Below, piece by piece: positions 1-14,933 of a DNA stretch of 64,000 nt. This DNA comes from Lophium mytilinum (taxonomy: Eukaryota): the NCBI GenBank assembly GCA_010093605.1, contig MU004203.1, positions 326,391-390,390 of the forward strand, written 5' to 3'. Position 1 is the stretch's first letter; each line of letters starts with the position of its first letter. Below the pieces are notes generated by a model that saw only the letters and a list, made by a program, of their open reading frames with translations, did no database searches and was not told the DNA's origin. The translations under genes were made by a program, and so were the position numbers.

Positions 1-2
1 AC

Positions 3-1430
3 GAGGCTTGGCATCAGGCTCTGCGACACCTCGAACAAAACCCAGCCTCGCCCGCGCTGCAGGACTATCAGTCTTCCGTTTACCCTGAATCTCGCGGAAG
101 GGCTTCGGCTTCTGACCCCGAGATCTTCAGTGTAGACGAACTGTTCAGTCCTCTACCAGAATCGTATTCTCGCATTTCTTCATCCACTCCCACGACTCCT
201 ACACCATCCGTACCAAAAGGCAAATCGAGAGCCGTGGCAAGCATTGCTCAGCCAATTGCTCGCAGATTTGCCAACGGAATACGAAAAGCGACTCGAAAGC
301 TAAGCGTCTCACCCAATCTGCCCAAGATGATGCGACCATCTCAGTATCGCTCCAGCAGCCATCACGACGTCTGGGCAAAGCGAATCGACACCACACCAGA
401 TGTATACAATCTACAAATACACAGCAATGGAATACCAGTACCACCGCCCCGATCTGCGAAGCTCTCTCAGACTCAAATCTCGACTTCATTCATCTCAAAT
501 TGCGACGACTTCAGCCTCTCCGCGACAGTTGCCAACGGCTTCGAAGACTCCAAACACGACCTCAACGACCAGTCAAATTACCAATTGACTCCTCTCTCAT
601 CACCAACGATAGACCACAACTCCGGTCATCGTCAGGCTTCCTTCAACTCTACGAATGACCACATTTCCTCGAGCTACTTCGGCCACCAGCTGAGCAATGA
701 GGCTCTTTCAGCCTTGCAAACCCCGCCCCCATCTCACAGACTCCCAATCGCCGCGTGGGGTCCCGATACAAGCGAGAACTTTGATTTCAATCTCCCAGCC
801 TCGCCGGACTTTTCTCAATCCCAGAAGCCACAAGCATGGTGGCCCTCTGGTAGCGCGCCTCAGCCTTCCTCGGCCGCTTATCACCAATCGCGAACCGAAA
901 GTTCAGGCATGGGCTTCGACAGTGTCCCCGCCTCTGGCCTTGGAATCTCCTGTGATTTGAGCGGCTTTGGTGAGCCGGCTGCCTCTGCGTCGGGCTATGG
1001 CGTCCCTGCTGCGCAGCTCTACACGTACGCGAATCCAATGCCGCCAGCGCATGCGTACATTGCGACCACGCCGTCTTCGAGATCGCCTTCGAGCTCCCCT
1101 CCGCCTCATCGTATCTCGAATCGGAGAACATCATCCAGACATCGGCAACACAGTGGTCCTCACCATCGTCGTAAATCGAGTAACTCGAGCAATTCGGCCC
1201 CACGACCTGCCTCGGTGGGATTTGTGAACTTCACCCCGGATGATAGCCGCAAGATCTTGACAGGTGTCGCCCCGAGCGGCTCGTCGAAAACAAAGGCTAG
1301 AAGAGAGAAAGAAGCAGCTGAGCGGAGGAGGAAACTTAGCCAAGCCGCTACAAGAGCGATCATGGATGCAGGAGGGGATCTGGCAGAGCTGGAGAGAGAA
1401 GGTTTGTTATGTTTAGCAGCAGAAGAGTAG
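3..1430 (+). CDS. wetA: Developmental regulator WetA (5' end lies outside the window)
   Basis: The frame is open from position 3 (EAWHQALRHLEQ...) into ORF 234..1430. The Ser/Pro-rich body ends in the ESC1/WetA-related domain VGFVNFTPDDSRKILTGVAPSGSSKTKARREKEAAERRRKLSQAA. Confidence 0.9.
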   Translation, partial: EAWHQALRHLEQNPASPALQDYQSSVYPESRGRASASDPEIFSVDELFSPLPESYSRISSSTPTTPTPSVPKGKSRAVASIAQPIARRFANGIRKATRKLSVSPNLPKMMRPSQYRSSSHHDVWAKRIDTTPDVYNLQIHSNGIPVPPPRSAKLSQTQISTSFISNCDDFSLSATVANGFEDSKHDLNDQSNYQLTPLSSPTIDHNSGHRQASFNSTNDHISSSYFGHQLSNEALSALQTPPPSHRLPIAAWGPDTSENFDFNLPASPDFSQSQKPQAWWPSGSAPQPSSAAYHQSRTESSGMGFDSVPASGLGISCDLSGFGEPAASASGYGVPAAQLYTYANPMPPAHAYIATTPSSRSPSSSPPPHRISNRRTSSRHRQHSGPHHRRKSSNSSNSAPRPASVGFVNFTPDDSRKILTGVAPSGSSKTKARREKEAAERRRKLSQAATRAIMDAGGDLAELEREGLLCLAAEE

Positions 1431-2100
1431 AAACTCTCATTGCACTGTCCCACAAGTGGAGGCGGGTTCTTCTTGTAATGATTGTAGCGTATATCACGCT
1501 TCTTCGATGTTGGTGGTTTTGGCGTTTGGGCTTTGTTTTGTGGTACAGTCTTGGTTCATTTGCCTAGGAGAGTAATGCGTACAGACAATATGAGAAGCAT
1601 ACATACTACATTATATTTTCACGAGGGGTTTAGATCTCTACCTTCTCTGTGAGGCACCAAGAACGTCTCAGTTTATTGTGAATATCTAATACTATATAAG
1701 GGTAGCCAATCGGGGTCAAGCAAGTGTGCATATCCCTTCGACTAGCTACTTCATCCACGTTTATATGATGTGACAACCGAAAACTTATCGAATAGGTCTC
1801 TTAAAGTTTGACTGGGCGGCTCTTGCATCCTCTTCCTAATGTGGTAATCCTCAGTGCACGGGCCAGCCTGGCTCGGCTCTTTCTCACTTGCCAGACAAGT
1901 TCCTTTCCCATCCTCTTCACAACAAACATCCATCGTCCAACATTGCTTTCAGCGGGAGGTTTCTGTCTCATCAAAAGCCTTTAATTGTGAGCGATTTGAG
2001 CAGGGAGATTGTATTTGCACCCGTCACTGACTTGCCAGACTCACATCATACTCTACTCGTCGAACCAGCTATCTTATCGGAAACAGTGCCGATAATCAAC

Positions 2101-3000
2101 ATGGCTGATAGTAATGTTTGCCGAACGGAACAAATTGGATTTGAAGACACTGACGAGGTTGCCGGCGAAGATTCCCAACCAGTTCCCCGCGGCCCTCCTA
2201 CCGGTTCTCTCGTTTTTCCTGGGGCTCTCCGCGACCGATTGGAACCTCTTCTTGCACAAGCACTCATAGACCCCGTTGCACACTATCAGCACTTAACACT
2301 CACGTTTGCCACTTCGCTCGACTCGTCGATTGCCTTGGCTCCTGGAACCCAAACAGCGCTCTCTGGTGGCATGACCAAAGGGATGACTCACTATCTGCGC
2401 TTCAAACATGATGCCATCGTCGTGGGTGTGGGTACTGCAGTAGCGGACGACCCGGGCTTGAACTGCCGTCTCAGAGACGCTGGTGGATATGGTGGCAAAG
2501 GGCTGCGTGGACAACCTCGCCCCATCGTTCTGGATCCGAAGTGCCGATGGCAGTTCTCTGCATCTTCAAAAGTCATGGACCTTGCCGCTCAGAAAAAGGG
2601 AAAGGCGCCCTACATCATCTGCACAAAGGAGCCTCCGGAAGACAGACGCGCTCTCCTAGAGAGCTTGGGTGGCAAGTTTATCATCCTGGACCCCTTCAGT
2701 GACGACGGAAAGCTTCCTTGGAAACAGATTCTCCATGCTTTGAGAAGAGAAGGACTTAACAGGATCATGGTAGAGGGGGGCAGAACTATCATCAATGATC
2801 TACTTGAACCACAGAACCATGAGCTTGTTGACTCCATCATTGTCACCATAGCTCCCGTGTGGCTTGGACAGGGCGGAGTAGTGGTTTCGCCTCCACAAAG
2901 GTCGGATGACAACGGGCAGCCCATAGCTGCTGTCAGGGTGTCGGACTCCAAGTGGGAAATCTTTGGGAAAGACGTTGTTTTGTTCGGGAAGCCGACATGA
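2101..3000 (+). CDS. rib7: 2,5-diamino-6-ribosylamino-4(3H)-pyrimidinone 5'-phosphate reductase (RibD C-terminal family)
   Basis: Motifs TLTFATSLDSSIA, THYLRFKHDAIVVGVGTAVADDPGLNCR, QPRPIVLD, IMVEGG and VTIAPVWLG. The first in-frame ATG is at 2101. Confidence 0.9.
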   Translation: MADSNVCRTEQIGFEDTDEVAGEDSQPVPRGPPTGSLVFPGALRDRLEPLLAQALIDPVAHYQHLTLTFATSLDSSIALAPGTQTALSGGMTKGMTHYLRFKHDAIVVGVGTAVADDPGLNCRLRDAGGYGGKGLRGQPRPIVLDPKCRWQFSASSKVMDLAAQKKGKAPYIICTKEPPEDRRALLESLGGKFIILDPFSDDGKLPWKQILHALRREGLNRIMVEGGRTIINDLLEPQNHELVDSIIVTIAPVWLGQGGVVVSPPQRSDDNGQPIAAVRVSDSKWEIFGKDVVLFGKPT

Positions 3001-3281
3001 CAGTGTTTGTGTGTTGAACAAGGTGGAAAGAGTGGTCATCTTCCCTCTAGGTATTCCAGCGATGGATGATCCGAACGGCTGTAAGGTTGAAGGGCTTCAA
3101 GTGGTACTCGCTCGGGAGCGACATGCTTTTATGCGGGAAGCATCCTCACAGTATTGATCAACTGGTGTTGCTATACTCACTTCAATGAGTGTATCACGTG
3201 ATATATGCATCTGATTAGCTTTTGGAGTTGTGATTGAATCGATGCTTGATATAACTCTTCTGACGCCTTTCCACGATCTCT

Positions 3282-3292
3282 GATGAGTCATC
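3282..3292. promoter_or_regulatory. Gcn4/CpcA (AP-1 type) bZIP consensus site
   Basis: GATGAGTCATC is a pseudo-palindromic ATGA(C/G)TCAT match about 300 bp upstream of the ubc12 ATG. Confidence 0.35.
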
Positions 3293-3586
3293 GTGATAGC
3301 CTCATTCACTAGATTAAAGTGGTGCTGCCTGGTGGCGGGGTTTCCTCGGTCATATCGCCTTTCGACGAGGCGGTCCCTCGACAAGCATTCACTCACAGCA
3401 GCAGCCTGCTCTCTCACTTCTGCCTCTCTTGCGGCTTTCCTTAACCAGCGGATCTCAGTCACTCCCACGACCAAGTCGGACCCTCACTTTTCTACGCGCA
3501 CTGCTCTTATTTTTCACGGCATCAACGCCGCAGCCCACCCCCCACCATTCCACCACCTCTGGTCCAACCCTTCACCCACCGTCAAG

Positions 3587-4362
3587 ATGCTCAAGATATG
3601 GTCTATGGTAGGTTTCGATACTCTATTCCCCCGACAGTCGGGATACGCGTTTGCAACATTCTCAGCGCACAGTCTACTCTCAGAAAGATCGCTAACCCTC
3701 TCACAGAAGCAGAAGCAGCAGCAGGATGAGTCCGCTGCCACAGGGCCGAAGAAGAAGAAGGTCACCGCTGCACAGCTGCGAGTTCAGAAAGGTATGTGCA
3801 GCCCTTGTGGAGGATAACAAGGCGACGTCATCGCAGGAACTCGACTGACAGTGGCCTTCAATAGATCTCTCAGAGCTATCACTCGGCTCGACGATGAAGA
3901 CCGACTTCCCGAATCCCGACGACATCCTTAACTTTACTTTGACGATCGAGCCGGACGAGGGCATGTACAAAGGGGGACGCTTCAACTTCAACTTTGCCAT
4001 CAACCAGAACTTCCCACACGACCCGCCAAAGGTCAAGTGCACGCAGAAGATCTACCACCCGAACATTGATCTGGAGGGCAACGTCTGCCTGAACATTCTT
4101 AGGGAAGACTGGAAGCCGGTGTTGAATCTGAACGCGGTTATTGTCGGACTACAGGTGAGCTCAATAACAGTCATGTGAATAGATGTGCAGGAAGCTGACG
4201 GGCACACAGTTTCTCTTCCTAGAACCTAATGCGTCCGACCCACTAAACAAGGAGGCTGCCGAAGACCTGAAGTCGAACCGAGAAGGCTTCAAGCGCAACG
4301 TACGGTCAGCTATGGGAGGAGGCGCCGTCAAGGGTCAGTCATATGAGCGCGTACTCAAATGA
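3587..4362 (+). CDS. ubc12: NEDD8-conjugating E2 enzyme Ubc12 (4 exons: 3587-3607, 3707-3791, 3865-4154, 4210-4362)
   Basis: N-terminal [27 protein letters not shown] extension, active-site [23 protein letters not shown] and C-terminal [17 protein letters not shown]. Canonical GT..AG introns. Confidence 0.95.
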
Positions 4363-4674
4363 GTGTGAAATAATGCAGACTGGCGGAGGTGACGAATTTC
4401 ACGAGATCATAGCGAGCATCTGCTATTCGGAGTCTTGGGTTTGGGGCGTACATACTCGGGCTAAGCCGATACTTTGGCTGGCGGCCTTGCAGCTTTACAG
4501 GGAGGGCACGTGAGCTTGGCTGAAGGGTTGGCAAATTCTAGAGCAGAGATCTGGGGTTGTCGCATAGAACGCAACGATATATCAGTCTATTTCCATTCAT
4601 ACACCCAAGCAATCTGCGCACGTGACAAGCTCAGACTCATCAGACTCATCCGGGGAGAAATCGACTTTTCCGGG

Positions 4675-4684
4675 CCGGCATCGG
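4675..4684. promoter_or_regulatory. Putative Leu3/LeuB binding site (CCG-N4-CGG) in the ilv5 promoter
   Basis: CCGGCATCGG lies about 120 bp upstream of the ilv5 ATG and about 55 bp upstream of a TATA-like ATATAAG (4741). A tandem CAGACTCAT x2 precedes it at 4632-4649. Confidence 0.45.
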
Positions 4685-4801
4685 CGGTGAGCCAGGGCTG
4701 GAGCATCTCGACTCAAATTCTCAGACACCTGAAAAATACCATATAAGCTGCCGCCCCTCCCCTCTCTACCCCAAACTCCTCACTTCACATACACATACAC
4801 A

Positions 4802-6229
4802 ATGGCTGCCCGTCAATCCAGCAGAGCTCTACGAAGCTCCGTCAAGCAATTGGCGTCTGCCCCCGCCGTCCAAAGGCGCACATTCGTCTCGGCCCTCAGT
4901 GCTGCCAGAGCTGGCTTTGCAGCTGCACCAAAGGCTGCTGTCTCCTCTCCCTTTCAACAGACCCGTGGTATCAAGACCATTGACTTTGCGGGCACCAAGG
5001 AGACCGTTTATGGTAAATTGAGCTCTATCAACCCACAAATTTCGCTAATGGATATCAACAGAGCGTGACGATTGGCCAAGGGAAAAGCTTCTTGTGAGTC
5101 ACCTGCTGACAACAGCAATTGTATAGGACTACAGTACTAACATATGAGTTCAGCAATACTTCAAGGACGACACCCTTGCCCTCATCGGCTACGGATCGCA
5201 AGGTCACGGCCAAGGTCTCAACCTCCGCGACAATGGCCTCAACGTAATCGTCGGTGTGCGGAAGAACGGCGCCTCGTGGAAGGAGGCGGAGCAGGATGGC
5301 TGGATCCCCGGCAAGAACCTGTTCGACATTGACGAGGCCATCTCCAAGGGTACCATCATCATGAACTTGCTCTCCGATGCTGCTCAGAGTGAGACATGGC
5401 CCGCCATCAAGCCTCAGTTGGTGAAGGGAAAGGTGCGTGACTTATATCTGGAGATATCGGTAAATAAACTAACTCGGAACCAGACTCTGTACTTCTCCCA
5501 CGGCTTCTCCCCCGTCTTCAAGGACCTCACCAAGGTCGACGTCCCCAAGGACATCGACGTCATCCTCTGCGCCCCCAAGGGCTCCGGCCGCACCGTGCGA
5601 ACCCTCTTCCGCGAGGGCCGTGGCATCAACTCCTCCGTCGCTGTCTACCAAGACGTGACCGGCAAGGCCGAGGAGAAGGTCGTTGCCCTCGGCGTGGCCG
5701 TCGGCTCCGGATACCTCTACAAGACCACCTTCGAGAAGGAGGTGTGGTCTGATCTGTACGGCGAACGTGGCTGCCTGATGGGCGGAATTCACGGCATGTT
5801 CCTCGCCCAGTACGAGGTTCTGCGCGAGCGGGGCCACAGCCCCAGCGAGGCGTTCAACGAGACTGTCGAGGAGGCTACCCAGAGCTTGTACCCCTTGATC
5901 GGCGCCAACGGCATGGACTACATGTACGCGGCCTGCTCGACCACCGCCAGACGTGGTGCCATTGACTGGAGCAAGCGCTTCAAGGATACCCTGAAGCCCG
6001 TCTTCAACGACCTCTACGATTCCGTCAAGGATGGATCCGAGACTGCGAGGTCTCTGGAGTACAACAGCCGTCCAGATTACCGCGAACTGTACAACAAGGA
6101 GATGGCTGAGATTGCTGACTTGGAGATCTGGAGGGCTGGAAAGGCCGTGCGGTAAGCTTCACCCCCTCGTCATTGCCTATCAACCAAACTGACATGAATA
6201 GATCTCTCCGCCCCGAGAACCAGAAGTAG
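4802..6229 (+). CDS. ilv5: Mitochondrial ketol-acid reductoisomerase (multi-exon, includes a 32-bp exon at 5062-5093)
   Basis: Arg/Ser/Ala-rich presequence, then ALIGYGSQGHGQGLNLRDNGLNVIVG, LLSDAAQ, SHGFSPVF, APKGSGRTVR, SDLYGERGCLMG and GHSPSEAFNETVEEA. The last exon reads SLRPENQK*. Confidence 0.97.
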
Positions 6230-6886
6230 ATTCCCCCTGACTAATAGCCTCATGGCGAAAACAAAACAAGGGCTACGGGAAGCAATCTGAGCAGAGCGAA
6301 GAGACTCCCTGACGACGATCACGTGGAATCTGTAGATTATCACCTTGGACGGCACTGGCGTTTTCTTCGTCCGATTCTTGCTTTGGGCGTGGATCTTTGG
6401 CTTGCTTGCGCCTTTCTGTATCTACTGGAGCGGATTGAAAAAGTGTCTTTCATGGTCAAATCAAATAAAAAAAATACCTCAACGTGGTTCTCGCCATCTA
6501 CGCTCCTTCGACGTGAAACCTTGATTGCATACCCCATATCCGTACCGCGCATTCCTAATCTTCTTCTATTTCCCCGCATCTACGTCAACCGGTTTCTCAC
6601 TTTTCTCAAAATGCTGTGCATCTCGTAGCGCACTCTTCTCCCAATTCCCACATTCTCCCAACTCGGAACCTTCATTTCCCCTTTTCATGCGCTGACTGCG
6701 CCGTCTCAAATCCTTCCTCGGGGTAGCAAGTCCCGTGAAAACTTTTTCGGGTGGTCGTCAAGAATTAAGAATTAAGCTGAGCGAATGCAAAACAAATGGG
6801 ATATAATACTATCAAAATCAAACAATACAGCCTCTACAAGCTACAAATCCACCAACTTCCCCAGCCCGTACCCATCCCCTCCCTCT

Positions 6887-7805
6887 CTACCCTCTCTTCC
6901 CCTTCCCCCTTCTCTCGCTCTCCACCCACAACTCCCTAGGCATCCTCTCCCTCCTCACCCCATCAATCCCGCCTATCCACCCAACCCCCCTCGCCGCGGC
7001 TAGCACGAGATACGTGACGCAGCCCTCCACCCCCCTCCCAATACCCCCAAACCGCGAGAGATCCAGAAAAACGGGGTAGTTATCCAACGCCCAGAAAATA
7101 CTAAACAACTCAATCATTAACCAGAACTCCGCGTACCACCCTTGCACCCTTCGTTCCGAGAACTCGAGTATCGCGCCATTCAGGTTCCAGAAGAAAACAC
7201 TTTTCGCGCCGTCCGCGGGATCGGTGCGCTCGATTACGACGACGTCTGAGGCGTCTTCAGCGTCCCCACCCGCGCGGGACCATTCGTGGCGTGCGAAGCG
7301 CGGGATGGTGATTTCGATGCCTTCTCCACTCTTTGGCGCTGTTAGGAGCGTGGCCCCACCCCCGAGGCGGAGACGGATCGAGCCGTGGAGGAGGAGGAGG
7401 AATTCGGTGTGGGTGGTGTGGTAGTGGAGACCGCTGGTCCAGGTGGAGTTGGGCTGTGTTGAGAGGGAGGGTTAGTGGGGTCGAGGGGTGTAGGAGGGGT
7501 GGGAGTTGAGAGGCGTTGAAGAAAATGTATTGGAGAAAGGGATTGGATTAGGGAGGCAGAAGGGATTGGAGAAGGGGCTGGATTGGAGAAGGGGCTGGAT
7601 TGGAGAAGGGGATTGGATTCGAGAAGGGAACTGGATTCGAGAGGAGGACTAAATTGGCGAAGGCTATGATAACTGGGCTAGAAAACGCACGTACAGGAAG
7701 GGTTATAGTAGTCTGAGTCGGGGAAGTGAGGTCGTAAACCACCGCATTTGGTAAAGGACGGGTGATGATAGGATTCAGCGATTCGGGTGGGGTGTTGGGT
7801 GGCAT
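6887..7805 (-). CDS. Cupin-fold hypothetical protein (2 exons: 7805-7695, 7453-6887)
   Basis: Splicing the GT..CAG intron 7694-7454 (branch ACTAAC) joins ...TITLP to PNSTWTSGLHYHTTHTEFLLLLHGSIRLRLGG...IPRFARHEW...ERTDPADGAKSVFFWNLNG. This gives a cupin HxH-x4-E motif 1 and a P-x4-H motif 2. Confidence 0.75.
7532..7645. repeat. Intronic 17-18 bp minisatellite (GAGAAGGGGCTGGATTG-like, about 5-6 degenerate copies)
   Basis: Tandem units gagaaggggctggattg x2, gagaaggggattggattc and gagaagggaactggattc, plus degenerate flanking copies. Confidence 0.8.
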
Positions 7806-9360
7806 TTTCTAATCCGTCCAACCCGCTTCTCTCCACCGCTCATTATCCCTGAATCTGAGCTCTCTAACAGAAGGAACTGCTTCCTTCGACCCGTTTAGGT
7901 CTCTAACGTTGAACTCGCGGACGGGTTGGGACGGAGGTTTTCGTAGAGGAGAGCTCGACAGAGGTATAGGCTGCGGATACGCGCGGGATTTCCAACCTGA
8001 GTTAAAGAATGCAAACACCTGATCAAAGAGATACCTCAAATAGAGGAAAACCTGAGTAAAGAAGTGGATGAGGTATAAGTGCGGATACGTGAGGCTCATT
8101 CCGCTTCCAAATCCAAGGCTAAACGCGATATATAATCCTTCTTTCCGCTTACAAGACTTGTGAGACTAGAGTATAAGAGAGCTTGATTACAGATCCCCAG
8201 CACTCAGCGGGCAGATTTCTAATAAGTGGTTGAAAAATACCGCAGCCTGATCTACAGAAGTGCCAAAAAATCGTCACTGTGACTTGCCGACGCTCCCGGG
8301 TGTTGAGGTTTGGCGAGGGCGGAATGGTTTCCGCGCTGGTAATGTGCCTAAGGCCCCCAACATCTTCGCGTGTCAATGTAGGAACAGTTACTCTCGGCGG
8401 TTTGATAGTTTAGAAAGAAGAGGCTCACGCGCGCGTCTAGATCTATGTCTAGTCACCTTGTTCGACGCACTTGGCTGCGTAGTCTAATTAGACCCTGCAA
8501 CCCAGATAAGCGTATTGTAGATGAGAGAGCTGGCGGTGCTTTACTAATGTGTTTTTCCTGCGTAGAAAGTCTTATACCACCTCTTTCTCAATGTAGGTAA
8601 CTAAAGCTCTTCATTCTCCTAGTCAAGGGTTCGGATCCCTCAAGCCGCATATAGAAATTAGGCGGACTATACGAGGCTGTGGGCATACGCAGGATTTAGG
8701 AACACCGTTACAGTGGACCCCTACCAATCTGTAGGCCAGGGTCAACCTTGGACAGGAGTGTAACTTCACGATCACAGCATCGTTTAGATCTAAGTTTCTT
8801 TAAGATTGTTTCTCCATTGCCCACCCACACCATACGAAATTACACATTGGTGTCAACCAGTTCACCTCTACCCGCCTCCACATTCTCACCCTCCCACCAC
8901 CTGATTCAACTTGATCAGTATCAAAAACCCTTTCTCCCATAGCACACAAAAACAACAAAACAAAATGCCCAAAAGCTCGATGCAATGACGAACAAGGAAA
9001 AAAAACACACAAGACCGTTAAGCGCTCTCGCTCAATCCCTCCCTCTCTGCTCTGCTGGCTGGCAGAAGAAGAAAAAGAAAAAAGGCATTAAAAGCTAACC
9101 CATAATACACGAGCATTATCCGTCGGTCTGTCTGTCGCCAATCACAGGTGGGAGGACTGCCTCTAAAAGTGTAAAAGTTTTGATTCTGTTGTGACACACG
9201 CTGGGGACCGTCAAGAGAGGACAAGGAGGAAACACAGCCAGCCAGCTGGATTCAAAGGATCCGCATCAAACGCCGGCAAGGTCGGAATGGCAAAAAGAAC
9301 ACACACGCACGCCGTCGCTCGCCCGCTTTTTTAGTTTCGTAAGTAGAGATGGCAGTTTCT

Positions 9361-12371
<3,011 letters not shown>

Positions 12372-13847
12372 GGTGGTGAGGTTGCTCGGTTCACGGCCGT
12401 GGCGGAAGGAGTGGGCAGGATGGGGAGGGCAGCAGCGGTGGAGAGATGGGGAGCGATGGACTGCAGTCGGGGGGGGCAGCTGATATGTAGTGGTGGTGAG
12501 AAGTTCGGGGACGGTGCAGCTGAAGAGGAGGTTCGTTGCGCTTGGACGCGAGAGGATTGGCTTGGCCTGGGGCTGGGATTAGGGCCTGTCGCGCTATGGG
12601 GTGGCCGCTGAAGCCAGTGAAACGCGGTAAGAATGCCCTCAGCCTTGTTTCGAATACAACCAGGCCTGCTCCTTTCATCACCGTCACTCGCCTCTGTCAC
12701 TGCAACCGTCCCTTGTGCCCCTCGGCGTGCCCCTTTTTGCCAGCACAAACAACAAGTTTCCCGGCGATCAACGGCTGCCCGCGAGACTCCCCACACTGCC
12801 AAAGCGCTGGCCTGCTGTGGCGTATGCAACAGCCAGCGCCGGCCCAAAAATAGCCACCGCCTTATTCAGCTCCTCTAAGCTCCATCCAGGCCTGGGCAGG
12901 CGTCGCACGGGCATGCCGTGAGCCCAAGCCAGCGCTAACTTCTTTCGCCTCCGAGTGCTGACGCTGCTCAGCCTCACATCGCTGCATTCTCTCCCCACCG
13001 CTCCCAAGCACCGCGCCCAGCCAGCTCTACCGGCACCCTGAGTCCCTTCGTCTGCTCGCTGTGTGGTAGCGAAGCTCGGTAGAGCCGTGGGTCGCCCGCC
13101 GCCCGTGGTTAACAACCCTGAGTCCCAATAGCCAAATCTCACTGCAGCCCACTTACGCCTCGCTGAGCTCGTTCCATACGGGCCTGCGAGATCTGTGCAG
13201 GTCCCTATCCTGGGACATCTATAAATCTCGCTGCTTAGGTAAACGCTGCATCTGCTTCTTTTCTTGGCGATACAGGCTTGGAGTGGCTGCTCTCTATCAG
13301 ACCTGCATTTCCTTCGACTCTCATTCCTCAGACCCCAGTTGTCTCTGCAGCGGCTGTCTCCATCCCTGGGCAGATCTGCCGGCTTGTCGACTGACGTGCC
13401 ATCAACGGCTGCGGACCGCTCGTGGTGTGCCTGTTTTCCATAGGATGAGATGTAGGTGTCGAACTTCAGAATTTCCATCAGCCTCTCTAGACCACTTCTA
13501 GCTAGTCAAACACAATTAAGCTTCTTCAATTCCAAAGTCTTCTTTCCTGCAAAACTCGACTTGTGACGTCGCCACGCACCACCTGGGCGTGTTCACAACC
13601 ACGTTGTGGCTGCTTCCTACCGCTACATATCTTGTCCAGGCAGCTCATCTCTTGTGAGATCCATTTCTACTTCTACAATGTCACATCTCAATTCCAGATT
13701 ACTGACGGGCCCTGCAGTAGCACTCCCGCAGCACCCGTTCCGAGTCACTGGCAGCCAGTCTTGGCTGCTTGCCCCCACTATCACTCACCGCCACACTGTT
13801 CCACACGTCAGCCCTATCACCTCTCTAGAACGCCTTCCAAGACATCC

Positions 13848-14933
13848 ATGGCTCCAGCGACGCCGTCGATAATGTTGCCCAAGTCCATCCACCACCGCAC
13901 CACTGCTGCCACCGCCTCAGCCACTGCCGCCTTACACCCCCCCGACACGCACTCGGATCCTTACAACGAAGAAGACACCACTACCGGCGTCCACTCATTC
14001 AATCATCCTCCGCACCCTATCCCGGAGCCGAACTATGACAGCACCACAAACTTGGTCATCGTTTGCTGCCACGCCATCTTCACCCCGGACCCCTCTCTCT
14101 CCAGCTTTCCCCTCTACTCCCCCTACAGCGAATCAAACTGGCTCCTCGCCCCCTTCCAACGCTCGAACCCCTCGTCCGGCAAGTTAGGCGAACATGAAAC
14201 CTTCCTCGCCCACCTCGCTGCCGGTCTTGACACCCTCACCACCGAAGCCTGGGGAGGCCAGAACCTCCTCGTCCTCAGCGGCGGCGCAACTAAGCAAGAC
14301 CTTACTCAGATCACTGAAGCACGATCCTATTACAACGCCGCCCTCGCAACCAGCCTAGCCGCCGGCGAACGCGGTGGTGGGTTCCCAAAACGTGCTTTCG
14401 AGGAGGGACGAATTATGCTTGAGGAGCATGCTACCGACTCCTATCAGAACTTGCTCTTCCCGATCCTGCTCTTCCGTTGTACGACCGGCAGGTATCCGGA
14501 GCAGATCCGCATAGTCACGCATGCGTTCAAGGCGAGGCGGTTCCTAGAGCTGCATGCGAGGGCGATCAGATGGCCAGCGGATCGCCTGAGAGTGCAAGGC
14601 ATCGATCCGGTGATGTCGGCGCAGGAACTCGCGGAAACAGCCGAGGGAGAGGAACGCTTTGGGTATGGGCCATGGGTTAAAGATCCGTTTGGTGTTGGAG
14701 ACGTCTTGGGGAAGAAGAGGAAGGGTAGGGGCTGGGATGAGGGGGTGATGCAAGAGATAGGCGAAGGCCTTGAGGAGAGCGTGAGAGTTCTTCTGAAGGG
14801 GCAAGATCCGGATGATGCATTCCCATGGGAGGATGTGGGGGGTGCGAAAGACGTCACGATGGATGACGGAGATTTGGTGCTTCATGATAGCGCAATGACT
14901 GCTACCAGTACGGAGGCACTGGTTAATAATTGA
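13848..14933 (+). CDS. DUF218-family conserved fungal protein (YOR238W-like)
   Basis: Motifs LVIVCCHAIF, LVLSGGATK, TEARSY, EEHATDSYQNLLF and IVTHAFKARRFLELHARAI. The first ATG, in good context, is at 13848. Confidence 0.8.
   Translation: MAPATPSIMLPKSIHHRTTAATASATAALHPPDTHSDPYNEEDTTTGVHSFNHPPHPIPEPNYDSTTNLVIVCCHAIFTPDPSLSSFPLYSPYSESNWLLAPFQRSNPSSGKLGEHETFLAHLAAGLDTLTTEAWGGQNLLVLSGGATKQDLTQITEARSYYNAALATSLAAGERGGGFPKRAFEEGRIMLEEHATDSYQNLLFPILLFRCTTGRYPEQIRIVTHAFKARRFLELHARAIRWPADRLRVQGIDPVMSAQELAETAEGEERFGYGPWVKDPFGVGDVLGKKRKGRGWDEGVMQEIGEGLEESVRVLLKGQDPDDAFPWEDVGGAKDVTMDDGDLVLHDSAMTATSTEALVNN

Noticed and set aside
8560..8650. tRNA-like T-arm (AGGGTTCGGATCCCT)
   Set aside because: It forms only a 4-bp stem, and no D-arm, anticodon arm or acceptor stem could be built.
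12380..13560. ORFs upstream of the chitin synthase (e.g. 12768..13478)
   Set aside because: They have no recognisable domain and fit a long GC-rich promoter/5'-UTR between divergent genes.
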